From positions 275,231 to 339,230 of the forward strand of contig BDGG01000019.1 in NCBI GenBank assembly GCA_001949185.1: DNA of 64,000 nucleotides. The letters are read 5' to 3'. Below the pieces are notes generated by a model that did no database searches, had not been told where the DNA came from, and was given only the letters and a program-made list of their open reading frames with translations. This stretch comes from Ramazzottius varieornatus (lineage: Eukaryota; Animalia; Tardigrada). Shown here piece after piece: positions 41,667 through 57,590 of the stretch; positions within the stretch are counted from its first letter, which is position 1, and the number at the start of each line of letters is the position of its first letter. Made by a program: the position numbers and the translations under genes.

Positions 41667-42225
41667 TTCGCTCGATTAGGAGCCCACTGCAAGAAATACA
41701 GGAATAATCGGAAGGATATTTGGACAGAGGTGAGCGCTTGCTTACCTTGGTGTCCCCAGAAGCTTGCGCTAAATGTGCTCTTCCGATTCCACAAAGCGAA
41801 CTGCACGACCGGAAGGAAGACGTGAATCTCTATGTTCGGGACGAATGAAAAAGTATGGTTGAAGGATGGAGAATGAAATCCACGATCGTGTGTTCGGCTG
41901 AATGATATTTCAAGGATGAACATCAATGAACATCCAGCGGAGCGCTCTGTCCTTGACAGAATTTAACAGCGGATCCGCAAGCAATACGAGAACTTGAGAA
42001 ATTGTTGGAAATCCGTTCCTTGCCGCTTGAACATTGTCAAAGCGCTGACGGAACGGTTCGACAGAACCACAACAAACCGATACTTTCATTCAAGTTTCAA
42101 CTTTGGTTCAAGAAAATTATCCTGGCGGAAGCTCTGCGTGCGCCTTACTGCCTTACTTGGGCTTACCGAATTCATGGTCCACAGAATAACATCCCTTGTC
42201 ATTTTGTAGGTCGGCAGAGGCGGAG

Positions 42226-43071
42226 ATGGATAAAGACAAGCTGGGAGATCTGCAAGCGGTGCTATCCAAAGAGATCACCGAAGCATTTGCTGGTGCGTCT
42301 TACCTCGACAAACCGCGACACGTCTCCAAAGTAATGGCGCTAATCCTCAATATGCTCGACATGTCCGGAGATAGGGCCAAGCTGGAAGCAGTCGGGCACT
42401 TGACATTCGTCTTGGAGAAGGCCTCTCCGGAACTCCTGGACAATTACGGCTACTTCGACGTGATTTTCGATGCGCTGTTTCGCCTGATCCTCTTCCAGAA
42501 CATGCCACTCCTCAACTCAGCCTATTCTTGCTTCCTCAGATTTCTTTCTGTGCAGCAAAATCTCTTTCGTAATAAACCGAGAGCTCCAAAGTACGGGCAG
42601 CTGGATTACGCTGACAGACTTCTGTTGCAGAGTTTACAGAACGTGTTCCTGTTTTCTTCTGAGGAAATCCGCGTCTGCCTTATTGGCAACGTGATTTCGC
42701 TCGTTCAAAATCTGGGCTTCCGCTCGTCCAAGTTCTTTCCGCGGATGTTAGCTGTCAGTGATCACCTGATCGAAACCGGAAGCTACGATAAGCAAGCCCT
42801 GAGTGTAAAGTTTCTTTTGGATGTCTCGACGGTTTGTTCGCCGGCTTTCGGGAATCATTCCGAGAAGCTTCTCCTGCAAGCGACGAAGGTGCTGTTGCAC
42901 CTGAACCCCGAAACAGATTCTCCATTGTTTAGTGATCTCTCCTCTTTGTTTAAAATTGTTGTGGAGATGGATAAGAACTCGGTGGATTTTGTAGAATCAG
43001 TTTTGGCGAAGGATGCCATTAATTCGGATTTCCGGGACAAACTCTATCTGATACTATCCTTGATCAAATAA
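42226..43071 (+). CDS. TTI2: TELO2-interacting protein 2-like (short, single coding exon)
   Basis: KLEAVGHLTFVLEKASPELLDNYGYFDVIFDAL and RVCLIGNVISLVQNLGFRSSKFFPRM resemble TTI2 segments as recalled (KILGVHCLHHIV...LLQYNRAQVLYHAI; RRTYARNLPAFVNRLGILTVRHLKRL). Confidence 0.65.
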   Translation: MDKDKLGDLQAVLSKEITEAFAGASYLDKPRHVSKVMALILNMLDMSGDRAKLEAVGHLTFVLEKASPELLDNYGYFDVIFDALFRLILFQNMPLLNSAYSCFLRFLSVQQNLFRNKPRAPKYGQLDYADRLLLQSLQNVFLFSSEEIRVCLIGNVISLVQNLGFRSSKFFPRMLAVSDHLIETGSYDKQALSVKFLLDVSTVCSPAFGNHSEKLLLQATKVLLHLNPETDSPLFSDLSSLFKIVVEMDKNSVDFVESVLAKDAINSDFRDKLYLILSLIK

Positions 43072-43539
43072 ACGTTGCCTGACAGCCTGACAGAAAAAAT
43101 CAAAGGACGCGCAAGAAATGCGGGAAAGAAACTGCCCAGTGGCCAGTGGCCAGCTCGTAAAAATTGATGTTCCCCGCTGTTGACCGTCCCGGTGTCCGGT
43201 TGCAAACTACGTCATAAAATGGCAGTGCGAATCACGAGATTCGACATTGAGCTTCTACTCCATTCGCATGCAGTTCGGGTACAAGACTGGCGGGTGACGT
43301 CAATAAGGTGTAATTTGTCAACACTGCGTTGTCGAAACGGCTGGAAAATCCCAGCATCGATGATTCGATATCGTTCTCGCTGTTACGGCGACGCAGTTTG
43401 TGTCGGATGCTACTGTACTAAAGCATCTTCTCGTCCGAGCTAGCAGGCTCTTTGCGCTGATCTGAACGTTTGAACGCTCGAGTCATTTTAGAAGTACATT
43501 GCAGAAATCATGGACTGATTCCGTATCTGGGAGCTTTCA

Positions 43540-46686
<3,147 letters not shown>

Positions 46687-46728
46687 AAAACCCACCTGCT
46701 GGCTGAAAGGGCTTGTCGTGCTCAGAGA

Positions 46729-46797
46729 TGGGCGAAATGAAGGGGTCACTCTAAAGCCTGGAAATGGTCGAGTGAACCTGGACGTCAGACAAACCCA
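46729..46797 (+). promoter_or_regulatory. SECIS element (type II) in the SELENOO 3' UTR
   Basis: ATGA at 46737; stem GGGGTCACTC/GAGTGAACCT; unpaired AAA at 46753-46755; mini-stem GCC/GGT; GA at 46781-46782 completing the quartet. Confidence 0.9.
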
Positions 46798-47620
46798 CGA
46801 TGTCAGCTTTTGCGACTGTATGTACAGTACTGTAAACTTCTCATTGGGTTACCTTGTCCTGAATTAACGATTTCTCGGAAGACATTTACGATGATCTTGT
46901 TTGAGGTTGCTCTGAATATTCTCATCTTACCCCAAGCGTTCAGCAGTTTTATTAGAGCATAGGTTCATAGCTTTTGTATAATAACCGTATTCTGGTGGTG
47001 AACAAGCACTTCTAGTCACGCGAAAAAGCTGTTTGGCTCGTCGGCAAATGATTTGAGCCAGATCGTTATCAAGTAGCGCACGTCTTCATTGTTATTGGAA
47101 GCATGGAATTGACAAGGTGAAATATTTGAGACTACTCTGGATATAAATATAAACATGAATATAAAGTCGGACATGAATATAAAGGTAAGTTCGCAGCTTT
47201 GGCTCGAGGAGCATTTGCTTATCTCGAGGTTTCACTAAACGTCACCTGCACTGTTTCATAACAGTTACGTTCGAGGCCAGAGTTCCTTGTTAGAAACATA
47301 GAAATTTGAAAAAAGGAACAGCTTTCTGCGTACTGAATGTTTGCCAATTTTGGTTTGCGCCAAATTCTGTGGTGTCAAGCCTTGAGCCCTTGAGGTTCGA
47401 ACCGGGAACTAATCAGAACGACGACAATGTTATTGCTGAGGTTTGCTGTATTAAAGTACTACGTTGGGCTATCCGATAAAAACCGAAGTTTACTTTGTCA
47501 CAGCATTTGACAACCATCGTGGACGAAGAAATGACGCTGGTTTTTCTTCAATGGCGCTTTAGCCGAAATTCTAAATTGTTCAGGAAACGACTATAGAAGG
47601 CTCGGCGAAGCTAAATAAGC

Positions 47621-47846
47621 CGCTATAGCCGTTCTTAGCCGTGGCTAAAGCAGCTAAAATACTTTCATCCACGGCTAAAATTTATTGTGCGTTCGAATGA
47701 TTTATTGATGTTGAGTCGGCTAAGATAGTTTTAGCATCAATAAATCAATCGAACGCAAAATACATTTTAGCCTTGGACAAAAGTATTTTAGCTGCTTTAG
47801 TCGCGGCTAAAATATTTTTAGCCACGGCTAAGAACGGCTAAAAGTG
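47621..47846. mobile_element. Foldback/MITE, nearly fully palindromic, built of TTAGCC/GGCTAA units
   Basis: TAGCCGTTCTTAGCCGTGGCTAAA ... TTTAGCCACGGCTAAGAACGGCTA; inner arms GCGTTCGAATGATTTATTGATG / CATCAATAAATCAATCGAACGC. Confidence 0.8.
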
Positions 47847-48571
47847 CTCATCAACTAATCAACTGTACGTTCAACCAAATACTTGGCAGCGATCAACCAA
47901 ATCAAATGTTCAACACGATGTTCAGCAGCTCGTCAGTGCTCAGCAGCCTCCGTCTGCGTGGTTTAAACGAACTGATGCGCTGAAAATTGCGTATGCAGGT
48001 GCGAGACTGAGCATCTCTAATGCATTCACCGGTAAACAAGTTAACTGCACATACGCGCGCACCAGCTGCGCAGACCAACTTCGTTCATCCTGCAAACGTC
48101 GCATTGAACTCTGACCGCCAAAAGCCAGAAATCAATTCAAAATCCTCATTTTATTTTTCTCTGTCCGATTTGCATCCCAGTCTCGTCCCGTTGGTCATCC
48201 ATTGCTCCTCTCACCGGAGCTTTCTGGAGGTGTTCGTTAAACCTCTTGGATCATCTGCCTGAGTGCTACGATGCCGCTGAGCAGTCAACGGTTGCTCTTT
48301 CGAAAGTGAGGAGTGAGTTACACCTTTATCTGTCCATTATTTTACTGCCAATGCGAAAGCGTGAGCATTACAGTGATGGGATAAAGGCTGGCAGTTGTGG
48401 TGGATAGATGATGAAGCCATAATCGATAACCGTTACTCATCTGGATCAGGTAAGGAGCTGTGTAATCGACGGTCTATCCAACGCTTTTGCTGTTCGGAAT
48501 CTCAGGAATATTCCTATCATCCAAATCTGCGTTTTCCCTCAGATTGAACTAACTCTGGAATACCTGCGAAA

Positions 48572-51500
48572 ATGAGTGCGAAAAGTGGGAATCGATATCT
48601 TCTGGTTGTCACCGTACTTACGGGTAGGGTAGATGAGATATGCGGAATTTTTGTTGGAATTAAGTTTGATAAACTGCCTACTTTCGTAGGTCGAAATTTT
48701 CCTCAGCGTCCGACGGATTCTCTCCGCATCGATGTCCGCTTCGATGGACAATTGCTCAGTTCTCTTCCCGTCCCGATGGCAGAAGAGCCGGTGTTCGACA
48801 TGGACATGGCGTTTAGGTTGACGGGAAAGCAGTTGAAAGATCATAAGTAACAATTTCCCCTTCCATGAATTTCCGAATACTGTATGTTCTCGTTTCTAGC
48901 TTTGTGATGTTTTCTAGAGTGCAGCGCACACCGATCAAGATCGATGTGATGAAAGTTAATCGAAAGACCAAGAAAGCAGAAAAAATAGGCTATCAAACGC
49001 TCGATCTGCGCTCATACGCCGTGGAAGTTAGCCGACCGCGCTTCAGCTGGTTTCCTCTCCTTGGTGCTACACAACTTCGTGGGAAGCCTGAATTACATCT
49101 AGGAGTATCGGTGGACGATGATGTCGAAGCGGAAAACAGCGCGAGAAGCCAGAAAGAATTCACACGAAGCGCCCGTAAGACTTTCACACATTCTTTAAAG
49201 TAGCTTCGAAAGCCTGCATACAAGTGCGCCTTCGCTTATCATACTATGCCTGCATTGAGGTGCTTAACGGACGGGCACAAGCATACAGGATGCTCGACAT
49301 TACTATGGTGTGTTGTATGCAGGTTCGCGATGGGTTTGGGGCCATCTTTATATAATTATTCTTTCTGATTCGAAGGTAACAAGGAATACTGGATGCTGCA
49401 TCAGCCCATGCTGGTCAACAACCTCGACGGTACCAGTCACTACCAGCTGGGACCTTCCAAAGACAGCACGCACATTTACATGGTCTCCGTCATCATCGGC
49501 TACGCGTCCAACATCGACAAGTTCTTCGATCGCATATCCCGTCCTCCGCCTGACCAACCTCGCGACTTCTTCTTCCACTACGAACTAGTCAATAACCATC
49601 TAACCACCAAACCATTCAGCGACTTCGAGTCGTCTGACCTCGCGCCTGAACGAGTCTCGTTGAAGCTGAAGACTCATTACGACTTGATGAGAGACTACTT
49701 CCTTCATGAAAAATTTCTCAAGGTATGTTTTTCATCGTTTTCCTCCTTCGCATTTCATGACAACGTTCATGAACCTTCTGAGCTTGTTCTAGATCAAACT
49801 GTGTCAAGGAGAAGGCCATATTATCGCCTCGGCGGAATTTCTGTTCGACGATGCTTTCAAACCCGACGTGAAGGAGCTCACTGAAACTGTCACTGTCGAG
49901 AAGGAGGTTCTTCTTCACCCGTTCCCGGAGAACCGCTTTGGAATACCGGAAGAGCTAGTCGTCGCTCAAGAAAACTGGCCCGTCGTTGGAGTGTCTTTCG
50001 AAATTTCTGTCGTTAAGAAATTAGGTAGTATAAAATTAATTTTCTCGGGTTTTTTAGGAGCTTAAAAGATACCATGCTTTTCCTTTTTTTCTGAAGAGCC
50101 GATAGGTATGAGAAGGACTCTGACGTTGGATTCCGCCAAGTCGATGCAGTCAGAGATTGAGAATTTTCTCCAGAACTCTCGACCGGCGTCGGCTAAAGTT
50201 CCACCCAAACCTGCGGAACCCAGTAGTAACATTCGGCGGTCTCGCAGCTCGCAGAACCTCGACCGGAGGAAGAGCCAGCGGTCTTCGGTGGAGGAGGTCG
50301 ACGCTGAATTTAGATACAGCAAGACGTTGACCAAACCTATCGAACCCGAACGTCCACGAAACGGTAAGAAAACCAGTTCTCAAATTTATTCTCTTTGCGT
50401 CTTTCTTGAAGATCATTTGGGAGACAAACAAGACGTGAAAATTTGGGAGGCAAAGAAGACGTGAAAATTCATTGTCGCGAGTGGCGCACGCTTGCGGTCA
50501 ATTACACCGTAACGTGCGCCACTTGGAAAACAATCTTATGAAGCCTGTTTACTGTAATGCTTCATGAACTTGGCGAAGTGAGTCATCATACGCGCGAAAC
50601 ATCCCTTAGGGGATTGTCAGGGCAAAATTTCGAGACCGGGGTTCAACTGTACACATATGATGACTCACTTCGCCAAGTTCATGAAGCTTTACAGTACCAA
50701 ACTGACGCACCATTTCAGTACTAACAATGAGACAGTGAGCCACTTGAAATGAAAGTGTCATGCTTTTCGTCTGCCGACCTCCCGTTTCTGTTACGAGTTT
50801 ACTCAGTATTGTTATGTGTAACGTTGTTTTCGTTTTGCTCCAGGGAATGAGGATACAAAAAGAACCGAGCCGCAGTCCCTTCACACGGACCCAGCGCCAC
50901 CGAAAGACAACGGGTCTTCGCCGTTGAACGAAAGACCAAGGCAAGAGGAGTTCGGCCAAGGCGACGCACCGATGTGGACGTATCTGAAGATGGGGACCAG
51001 CAATAGCTCTAATCGAGAGAACGGCAGTAACGAACAGTCGGAGTTCGGAGGGAATGCGGGTGAGAGAGACGACAAGCGGCGAGAGCGTCCAACACAGGAA
51101 AAGTCCCATGGAGAGTTTTCCCCGCTTTCGGTCGGTCTTTCTTTGAACGGAACCAGAAAAGCAGACCAATGTAAGTTCGAAGTGCTGCACATATATTCAA
51201 CACGGAATTGTCCAGAGTACGTAGAGTCCCGTAACTTAATAGCTCTGTGTCCTGTTGTGATCAGCTTGCAACGTGGAAAATAAGTAGAAATTTATAACAC
51301 AAAAGATGTTTCTCCCGGGAAGCTTTCGATATTAGCGTGATAATCTAAAATTGGTCTCCTTTCTAATTGCAAACAGAACAGTAAATCGAAGTGAAGTTTT
51401 CCTGATATGAGGAATAGATTTTATGCTTTATAGATACCGATAAAAAGCCATCTTCGTCGTCCAACAATGGTCTCACTTCCGCCATGGACAAGCTGAACCT

Positions 51501-54415
51501 CCGCCCGCCTTCCTCCTTCGGTGACGATGCGCGGTCGTCTCCTCCACAGCTCTCCTCTGATGTAACACGGCGGTACATCTGTACGATCTTCCTGTACAAG
51601 ATTCGCATCATATCGCCCACCTGCCGCCACCCCATACCGGTCTACCTGCGGTACCAGTACCCCTTCTTTGGTAGCGCCGCACCCATCATGACGCGTCCTG
51701 CCATTGAAGTGCAACCCAAGATCGAAACTGTGCTGGATAATAACTCCCTGACGCAGTTCAGCTTCGGATGCTCAGAATCGCAGCTACTTCGAGCCTTCCG
51801 GACGTAAGCCATACGAACTGAATCGGCAAGATCGTTTTTCCTAAGTGGCGCACTTTTCTAGCTAACCTCACTGAGAGCGTGCGCGACCTGGGAAACCAAA
51901 CGCGACCAGATCGTTGTTTGAGTTGCGCACGCTTTCAGCCAGTAACATTGGAAGCGTGCGCCACCTGGAAGAACTAACTTGCCGAGTTTGTTTGCTGAGC
52001 TCCCGAATCTGATTTTATCGATTCAAAGATTCTTCTGGGTTTTCAACAGGGCTCCCGTGTGTGTTGAAGTGTGGAAGAGCGGTATGGGTAATATTCAAGA
52101 CGAGCTGATCGGTCAAGCTAAGCTCCGACTGGACCTGCTGTACCGCGCTGACGTTACCACACTGTACGAAAACGAGAAACCCTACTCGCGCCGCCTGTTC
52201 GACGCCGTACTCGAAGTCATCGATCTCCAATCGTAAGTCTCTTTTCCAAATTGAGTAACTCGTTCAGAGTGAAGCAGTTTTGAACATGTTGTGTCTTTCT
52301 GTAGGGAGAAGTACCCGAAACTGGCCGAGTTGACGGTATGTACCACCCTGGATGACTACGGTTCCGTCCAGCGCAACTTCATCGACACCATCAGCGTACC
52401 TTCCTCCGCCAAAGAGGCGCAAAGTGTCCGAGAGACAGTCAAGCCAGACCTCGTAGTACCTGCTTCTAATGCTACGCGCCTGAGGTCAAATAAGCTCGAC
52501 GTGGAAGAACTCAGGAGAGAAGCCATGTTCGAGCTGGAAGTGTGGCGAGAACGGGAAGAGAAGAAGTTCAAAGCCCAGGTAGAAATCTAGTTCCGAGCCA
52601 CAACCAAAGTCTGGAAATGGAGGCTTCAATTTTGATGTTTTAGCTGAAGCAGAGAGAAGACGATGCAATGAAATACCTGACGGAAGAATGGGAGCGACGA
52701 TCGAAGCAGCAGAAAGCGTACGTTGATGACATCATCGAAAGGAACCGTAATCTTGAAAATGAGCTGAGACGGTCGATTCAGGAGAATAGTCAGAAGGACG
52801 TGGCGTTGAAAGAACGAGAAAGAAGGGTAAAGTTTGGGTCCTCGAAAATGAATTTGTTGATTTGAAATGCAATTTTTCTATGTTGTATGTAGGTGAGTGA
52901 TGCGGAGCGGTTTCTCAAGAACGAGAAGGCCAAATTGACGCAAGACATCGAAGAGATGCAAGATAACGTCATCAATGTGTATTCCAAGCGACTCGAGCTG
53001 GAGCATTCCGCCCAAGGTCTTCTCAAAGCGGAGATCCGGCAGCTGCAGGGTCAGGTGGAAGACTTCAGGAAAGCGAAGAGTGACCAGGAAGAAATCATCA
53101 AGAAGTACCAGGATGCCGAAAGACAGAAACCCTACCTGCAAAGAGAAGCACAGGCGGAAATCGACCGCCTCACTCTAGACAAAGTAACATTCAGCATTCT
53201 CAAACAAATTTTCTTGCTTATTTCTGGAAAACGAGAATTGAGAAGAGATTTCCATAAATGGCGCTCGGCAAACAAGTTCGACTAGCCCATTGTCTTGAGT
53301 GGCGCACGATGTCATTGTTATTGCCTGAGAATGTGCTCCACTTGAAAATCGATCTTGTTTAGTGTGTTTGCCGAGCTCCCAAATCAAGAAAACGATTTTG
53401 CAAAATAGAAATAGTTTTAAACTTGTTTTGCGGTTTCGGAATCCGATTCTAAGTGCTTTTGGTGTTTCTTCTGCAGAATGATTTGGAGAGAAGGTGCGCC
53501 GCCATCGCAGAGTCGAAAGAACACTATAAGCAACAGTGGCAAATGGCACTAAAAGAGATCGCCAAGATGCGTGACCGTGTAGATTCCGAGCATGAAAGGA
53601 GGCTGAATGACAAGGACCGAGAAATCACCAATCTAAGGATGGAACTTGAGCGGGCACGAGAACCTTGGAATAAGGGAACAGTGAGATCGCTGTCGACGAA
53701 AGATCGGTACTACAGGGAGAACGAGAAAAGCTCAGAAAATTCTCCATTAAAGCAACGGTAAGAATGCGATGACGAATGACACGAATCGCAAAGTCAGACG
53801 TGACAAAATTAATTCTCGTTTAGTTACAGTCCCAAAAAACTTTGTTTGAAAAATTACCTGAGGGGAACAACTCGACAACATCGTTTTTCTAAGTGGCGCA
53901 CGCTATCGGTTTTGTTGGATGTAACCATGCGCCATTTGGGAAAGATGATCTTCTCGAGTCGAGTTTCTTTGCTTTCCTAGGTGGCGCACGCTTTCAGCCG
54001 ACAATACTGACAATGTGCGCCACTTCCGAAACATTCTTGTCGAGTTCGTTTGCCGAGCTCGCAGTGATACTGTGTCTATGTCGCGGTTTCTTTCTACAGG
54101 TTAGCCATGCAGTTCGACAATCAAAGAAAGACTAACGGCACGTCCAACGGTCATTCTTCCGCGGTAGACGGAGAGGACGAACCCGGAGACCATCCGGTCA
54201 TGGACGTGAACGGTTTGGGTCTGACGGACGGTGACAGCGACTCTGAGAACCGCATTGACAGTGATGATGAAGATGACGACCACCCTCGCAAGCAGCTCAT
54301 ACGAGCCATGGAGGAGAGGAATGTGTTGCTGAAGACGGGCATTTATAAGCCACGCGACACCGTCATTGTTGACTTGGATAAGAAGATTGCCAGACTGAAA
54401 AGCAGCGTTGAATAA
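48572..54415 (+). CDS. CEP120: Centrosomal protein 120 (three C2-like regions plus coiled coil)
   Basis: YLLVVTVLTG|RNFPQRP...FDGQLL...QRTPIKI...IGYQTLDLRS; YLRYQYPFFGSAAPIMTRP; ELEVWREREE; SKEHYKQQWQMALKEIA; EERNVLLKTGIY. Confidence 0.92.
50440..54062. repeat. Four loci of the palindromic element in CEP120 introns (~50440-50550, 51815-52003, 53260-53380, 53865-54062)
   Basis: Same core and TTTGCCGAGCTC termini. Confidence 0.85.
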
Positions 54416-54661
54416 GGTTCCTTGTAAACTTCCTTGATTTTTACATTCATTGTTGAATTTTTTGGCACTCCTGCAGTAAATAAATTTGTAATATTACTCT
54501 TTACAGATCTCCGCATGGCTTTTGTGCCTGAAGCTCCGTAATAGTTTCAAATGCATTTTTGAATTCCTACAAAAAACCAAATCTGTTATAATGGTTAGTT
54601 TCAAAAAATAATGGAAAGTGGAGATGAAAGAAATTAGGTCCGGAAGACTAGTTTTTGATTT

Positions 54662-55350
54662 TTCAGAGTATGCGGATCCTCTTGTACTTTCCCATGAGGC
54701 TTCCGCAACTGGGGCAGCAGGAGGCGCAGTCTTTAGCGAACTTGTTTCTGCAAAAAATTTAAGTTTTATATTAAACATTTCTTCAAGAACGAATGTTTTT
54801 TCATGGTATACTTCCAGAAACGGAAGCTAGGAACAAAGGATGAAGGCTGAAAATGATCAAAGATGGTGTTTTGCGAGACCGCAAATTTTGCAGCTCGTCT
54901 GGTTTTCAGTAAACGACAAGGTTGGATCCAAACTCACGACACAAAAACAGTAGTACGCCGCAGACGAAAGTCAGTCTCACTGAAGTCATCTGAACTGGGG
55001 GTTAATTTGCGGATATTCTTCCAGGTGTCAGAGGAAAGTCCCGAATATAAACCGTGGATGAGTTTATCGAGGTCTCAATGGAGTCGTCCTTGGCTTCAGG
55101 AACGATGTCGGCTGCGGAGACTCGACTGGCACCTGACATCAGTGGTATCACTTCTGATTGTACAGTCTTCACGGACAGTGGTGCCGAAGCGATACTTCCG
55201 GCATCGCTGCTCTCTCCGACGGGGTGCACTCGGTTGAGTCCATCGCCCAATGGTACGACCAATCCGGGTGTACCAGATCGAGGGAAGGCCGCTGCCGCCT
55301 TGGGTAACCAGAAAGGATTGTGCGATGTGGAAGGTGTGGGTAATGACTAT
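54662..55350 (-). pseudogene. LITAF-domain gene C, degenerate
   Basis: Last exon NKFAKDCASCCPSCGSLMGKYKRIRIL*; upstream TFVCGVLLFLC and ILCS*LPFL contain a stop; first CxxC not found. Confidence 0.6.
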
Positions 55351-55475
55351 TCACTTTGCCAACATGCTACCGATCTTTACGGGTTCGTTTTAGAAAGTAA
55401 AAGTTTGAAGTCACGCGCAACCATGATGGAACAAGCGACAAAGGAAATGAGCAAAGAACCCCAAAAGAATGTTCT

Positions 55476-56203
55476 TCACATGCGTTTGTATTGCCCGATT
55501 ATGTGTCCACAGCGAGGGCACATATGGGTGGCATCCTTGGTATCGTCAGTCCTGCAATGTTCAACAGAAGAAACTCGATGACAAAAGCCGGTGGCAAATG
55601 GTTCAGATTTTCACTCCAAATCAACAGAACCCAAACGAAAGAAATCCAGCAGCAGCAAGCTGGTAAACCGGATAGAACGATACTATGTTGTCAAGAACAA
55701 TGTCAAAGTCTGAACTGTACTGCAGGAAGCAAACTTACCTGTGAAGCAGAAGACACCGAAACAGAGGAGCCATGTACACAACGCGGAAGAGCGAATAATG
55801 TTGGTTGTGACTTGCTGTCTACAACTTGGGCATCTGATGAGGGAGGAAGAATTGTTCGCTGCTGCGGCGGCGACATTCTGCTTTCGGATTTGTATCGACT
55901 TGCGGCCTTACGTGGTGAAGGCAGGATTGGGACCAATAGCCCCGCCGACGATGGGCGGTCCAGGACTGGAATCGGCCGGTGGTCCTTCAGGCTGAAACTG
56001 CATCGGAGGAGCAACGCCTAGAGCGTAGACCGTTTGGGGCGCTTGCGTACCGACGTAAGTGGGCTGTGATGGCGCGTTAAAGGACGGCGCGAGCTGAGGA
56101 GCCCATGTTATATGTTGCGTTGTACGGAGGGGGAGCTGCGAAGCACAAGCAACGTAGATGGACAGTTTCGTTCCATTTGCAATGTGTGTTACGTACCGGA
56201 CAT
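55476..56203 (-). CDS. LITAF-domain gene B (two apparent +1 G frameshifts)
   Basis: MSAPPPY..., GPNPAFTT|CPSCRQQVTT...CTWLLCFGVFCFT|ACCCWISFV..., TKDATHMCPRCGHIIGQYKRM*. Confidence 0.75.
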
Positions 56204-56846
56204 CTTTTCGCTTGATGGGCTTCTCAGAAGATGATTGCGGTAAAGCGGATTCGAGGAGTGACGAGATCATCGATGGTGGACCAGGAAGCACGATGAACCG
56301 TCGATGATGACGAAGCGGTAACGTAACGTGGTAACGTGATCACACACCGGAACTGGACACGGGTTACGTTCTGAAAAGTGACCTGACCTGGTATCCTACA
56401 TTTGGAAACTCCAGATCAGCAGTAACGCATGTTACGTTGGGACAACAGCTGGCGTGGCCAGATTACCTTAGTGACCGGGAATTTGTGGTGGGCAACACAA
56501 AAGCACGCATGGGACGTGGTATCACTGCATTTACTCCCGGTAAAGACGAGCAACGAAGCAGAACTCCATCGAACAGCACGTACCGTTTGAGAATAACCAA
56601 CTGTGGAACAACCAACAAAATCATCCGTAAACTTTCCCTCTAACTTTAGCAGAAAAACCCGACAGCTTCCACTCATCAAAGCTTTGGATCATCGTCAAAA
56701 ATAATTAAAAAGATTAGGACATTCCTACACCGAGAGAGAAATTTTGACAATAGATGCTCTCTTCACACGGTCCAAGGCGGATAGCAGTCCACGAGAATCT
56801 GCGGGAAAGCATCGCAAAAACTGGCACCAAGGCCACTGGGTAATCT

Positions 56847-57590
56847 CTAGAGTCGTCGGTACGTTCCAATGAAGGCACCACAGTTGGGGCAGGTGTGTAC
56901 TGCATCTTTGCAGGCATCAATGCTGTAAAACAAGAGCGTTTGCTAGACGACCATACGAAGGCCGTAACGATAACCATGACAGCGTACCACAGAGCGCAGC
57001 AGCACACCAAAAGGCAAATCATGTAGGTGAAGAGTCCGTTGACGTAGGTTACTCTTGTCACAATATTCTGGTGGCACGATGGACACCTAGAATTCAAAGG
57101 AAGACAATACTGTAATGAAAGACAAGACTGTAATACTTCTTGAACTTCGCGAACTGACGCCACAGCAAGCTTGGAGTGTACGCGTGCGATGACGGATACT
57201 GCGCAGGCTTACTATGATGTAAATCGCGAAGTTCAAGAAGTATTACAATATCCACCCGGAGACACAAGGTTCGATTCGAATGCCTAAAGTACTTACTGCA
57301 TGATGGCCGGATCGGGTGAGTACATCAAACCCGGCCCCTGTACATTTCCCGACTGGAGGATTACTTGGGTCTGCGCTACAGGAGTGTAGGGTTGTCCGGG
57401 AGGTCCTGGCTGCTGCGTGTTGGGCGCTGGATGAGGCGGTCCCGCCGAGATTTCGGATGGATTATGGTGTAGAGGCGAATGGGCCGCCAACGAGGGACCT
57501 ACGTCCAGTGTATTGGTTGCGGTAATGTGCAACGAATGACCAGCATTTAGGATATTGCAACGCACCTTGAGGTTGGGCTGTGTTAGGCAT
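56847..57590 (-). CDS. LITAF-domain gene A (LITAF/CDIP1-like)
   Basis: Pro-rich N-terminus, PDPAIMQ|CPSCHQNIVT...GLFTYMICLL...C|IDACKDAVHTCPNCGAFIGTYRRL*. Confidence 0.9.

Noticed and set aside
55054-56021. Long plus-strand ORFs (175 and 176 aa)
   Set aside because: They are antisense shadows of LITAF exons; splice signals and motifs are on the minus strand.
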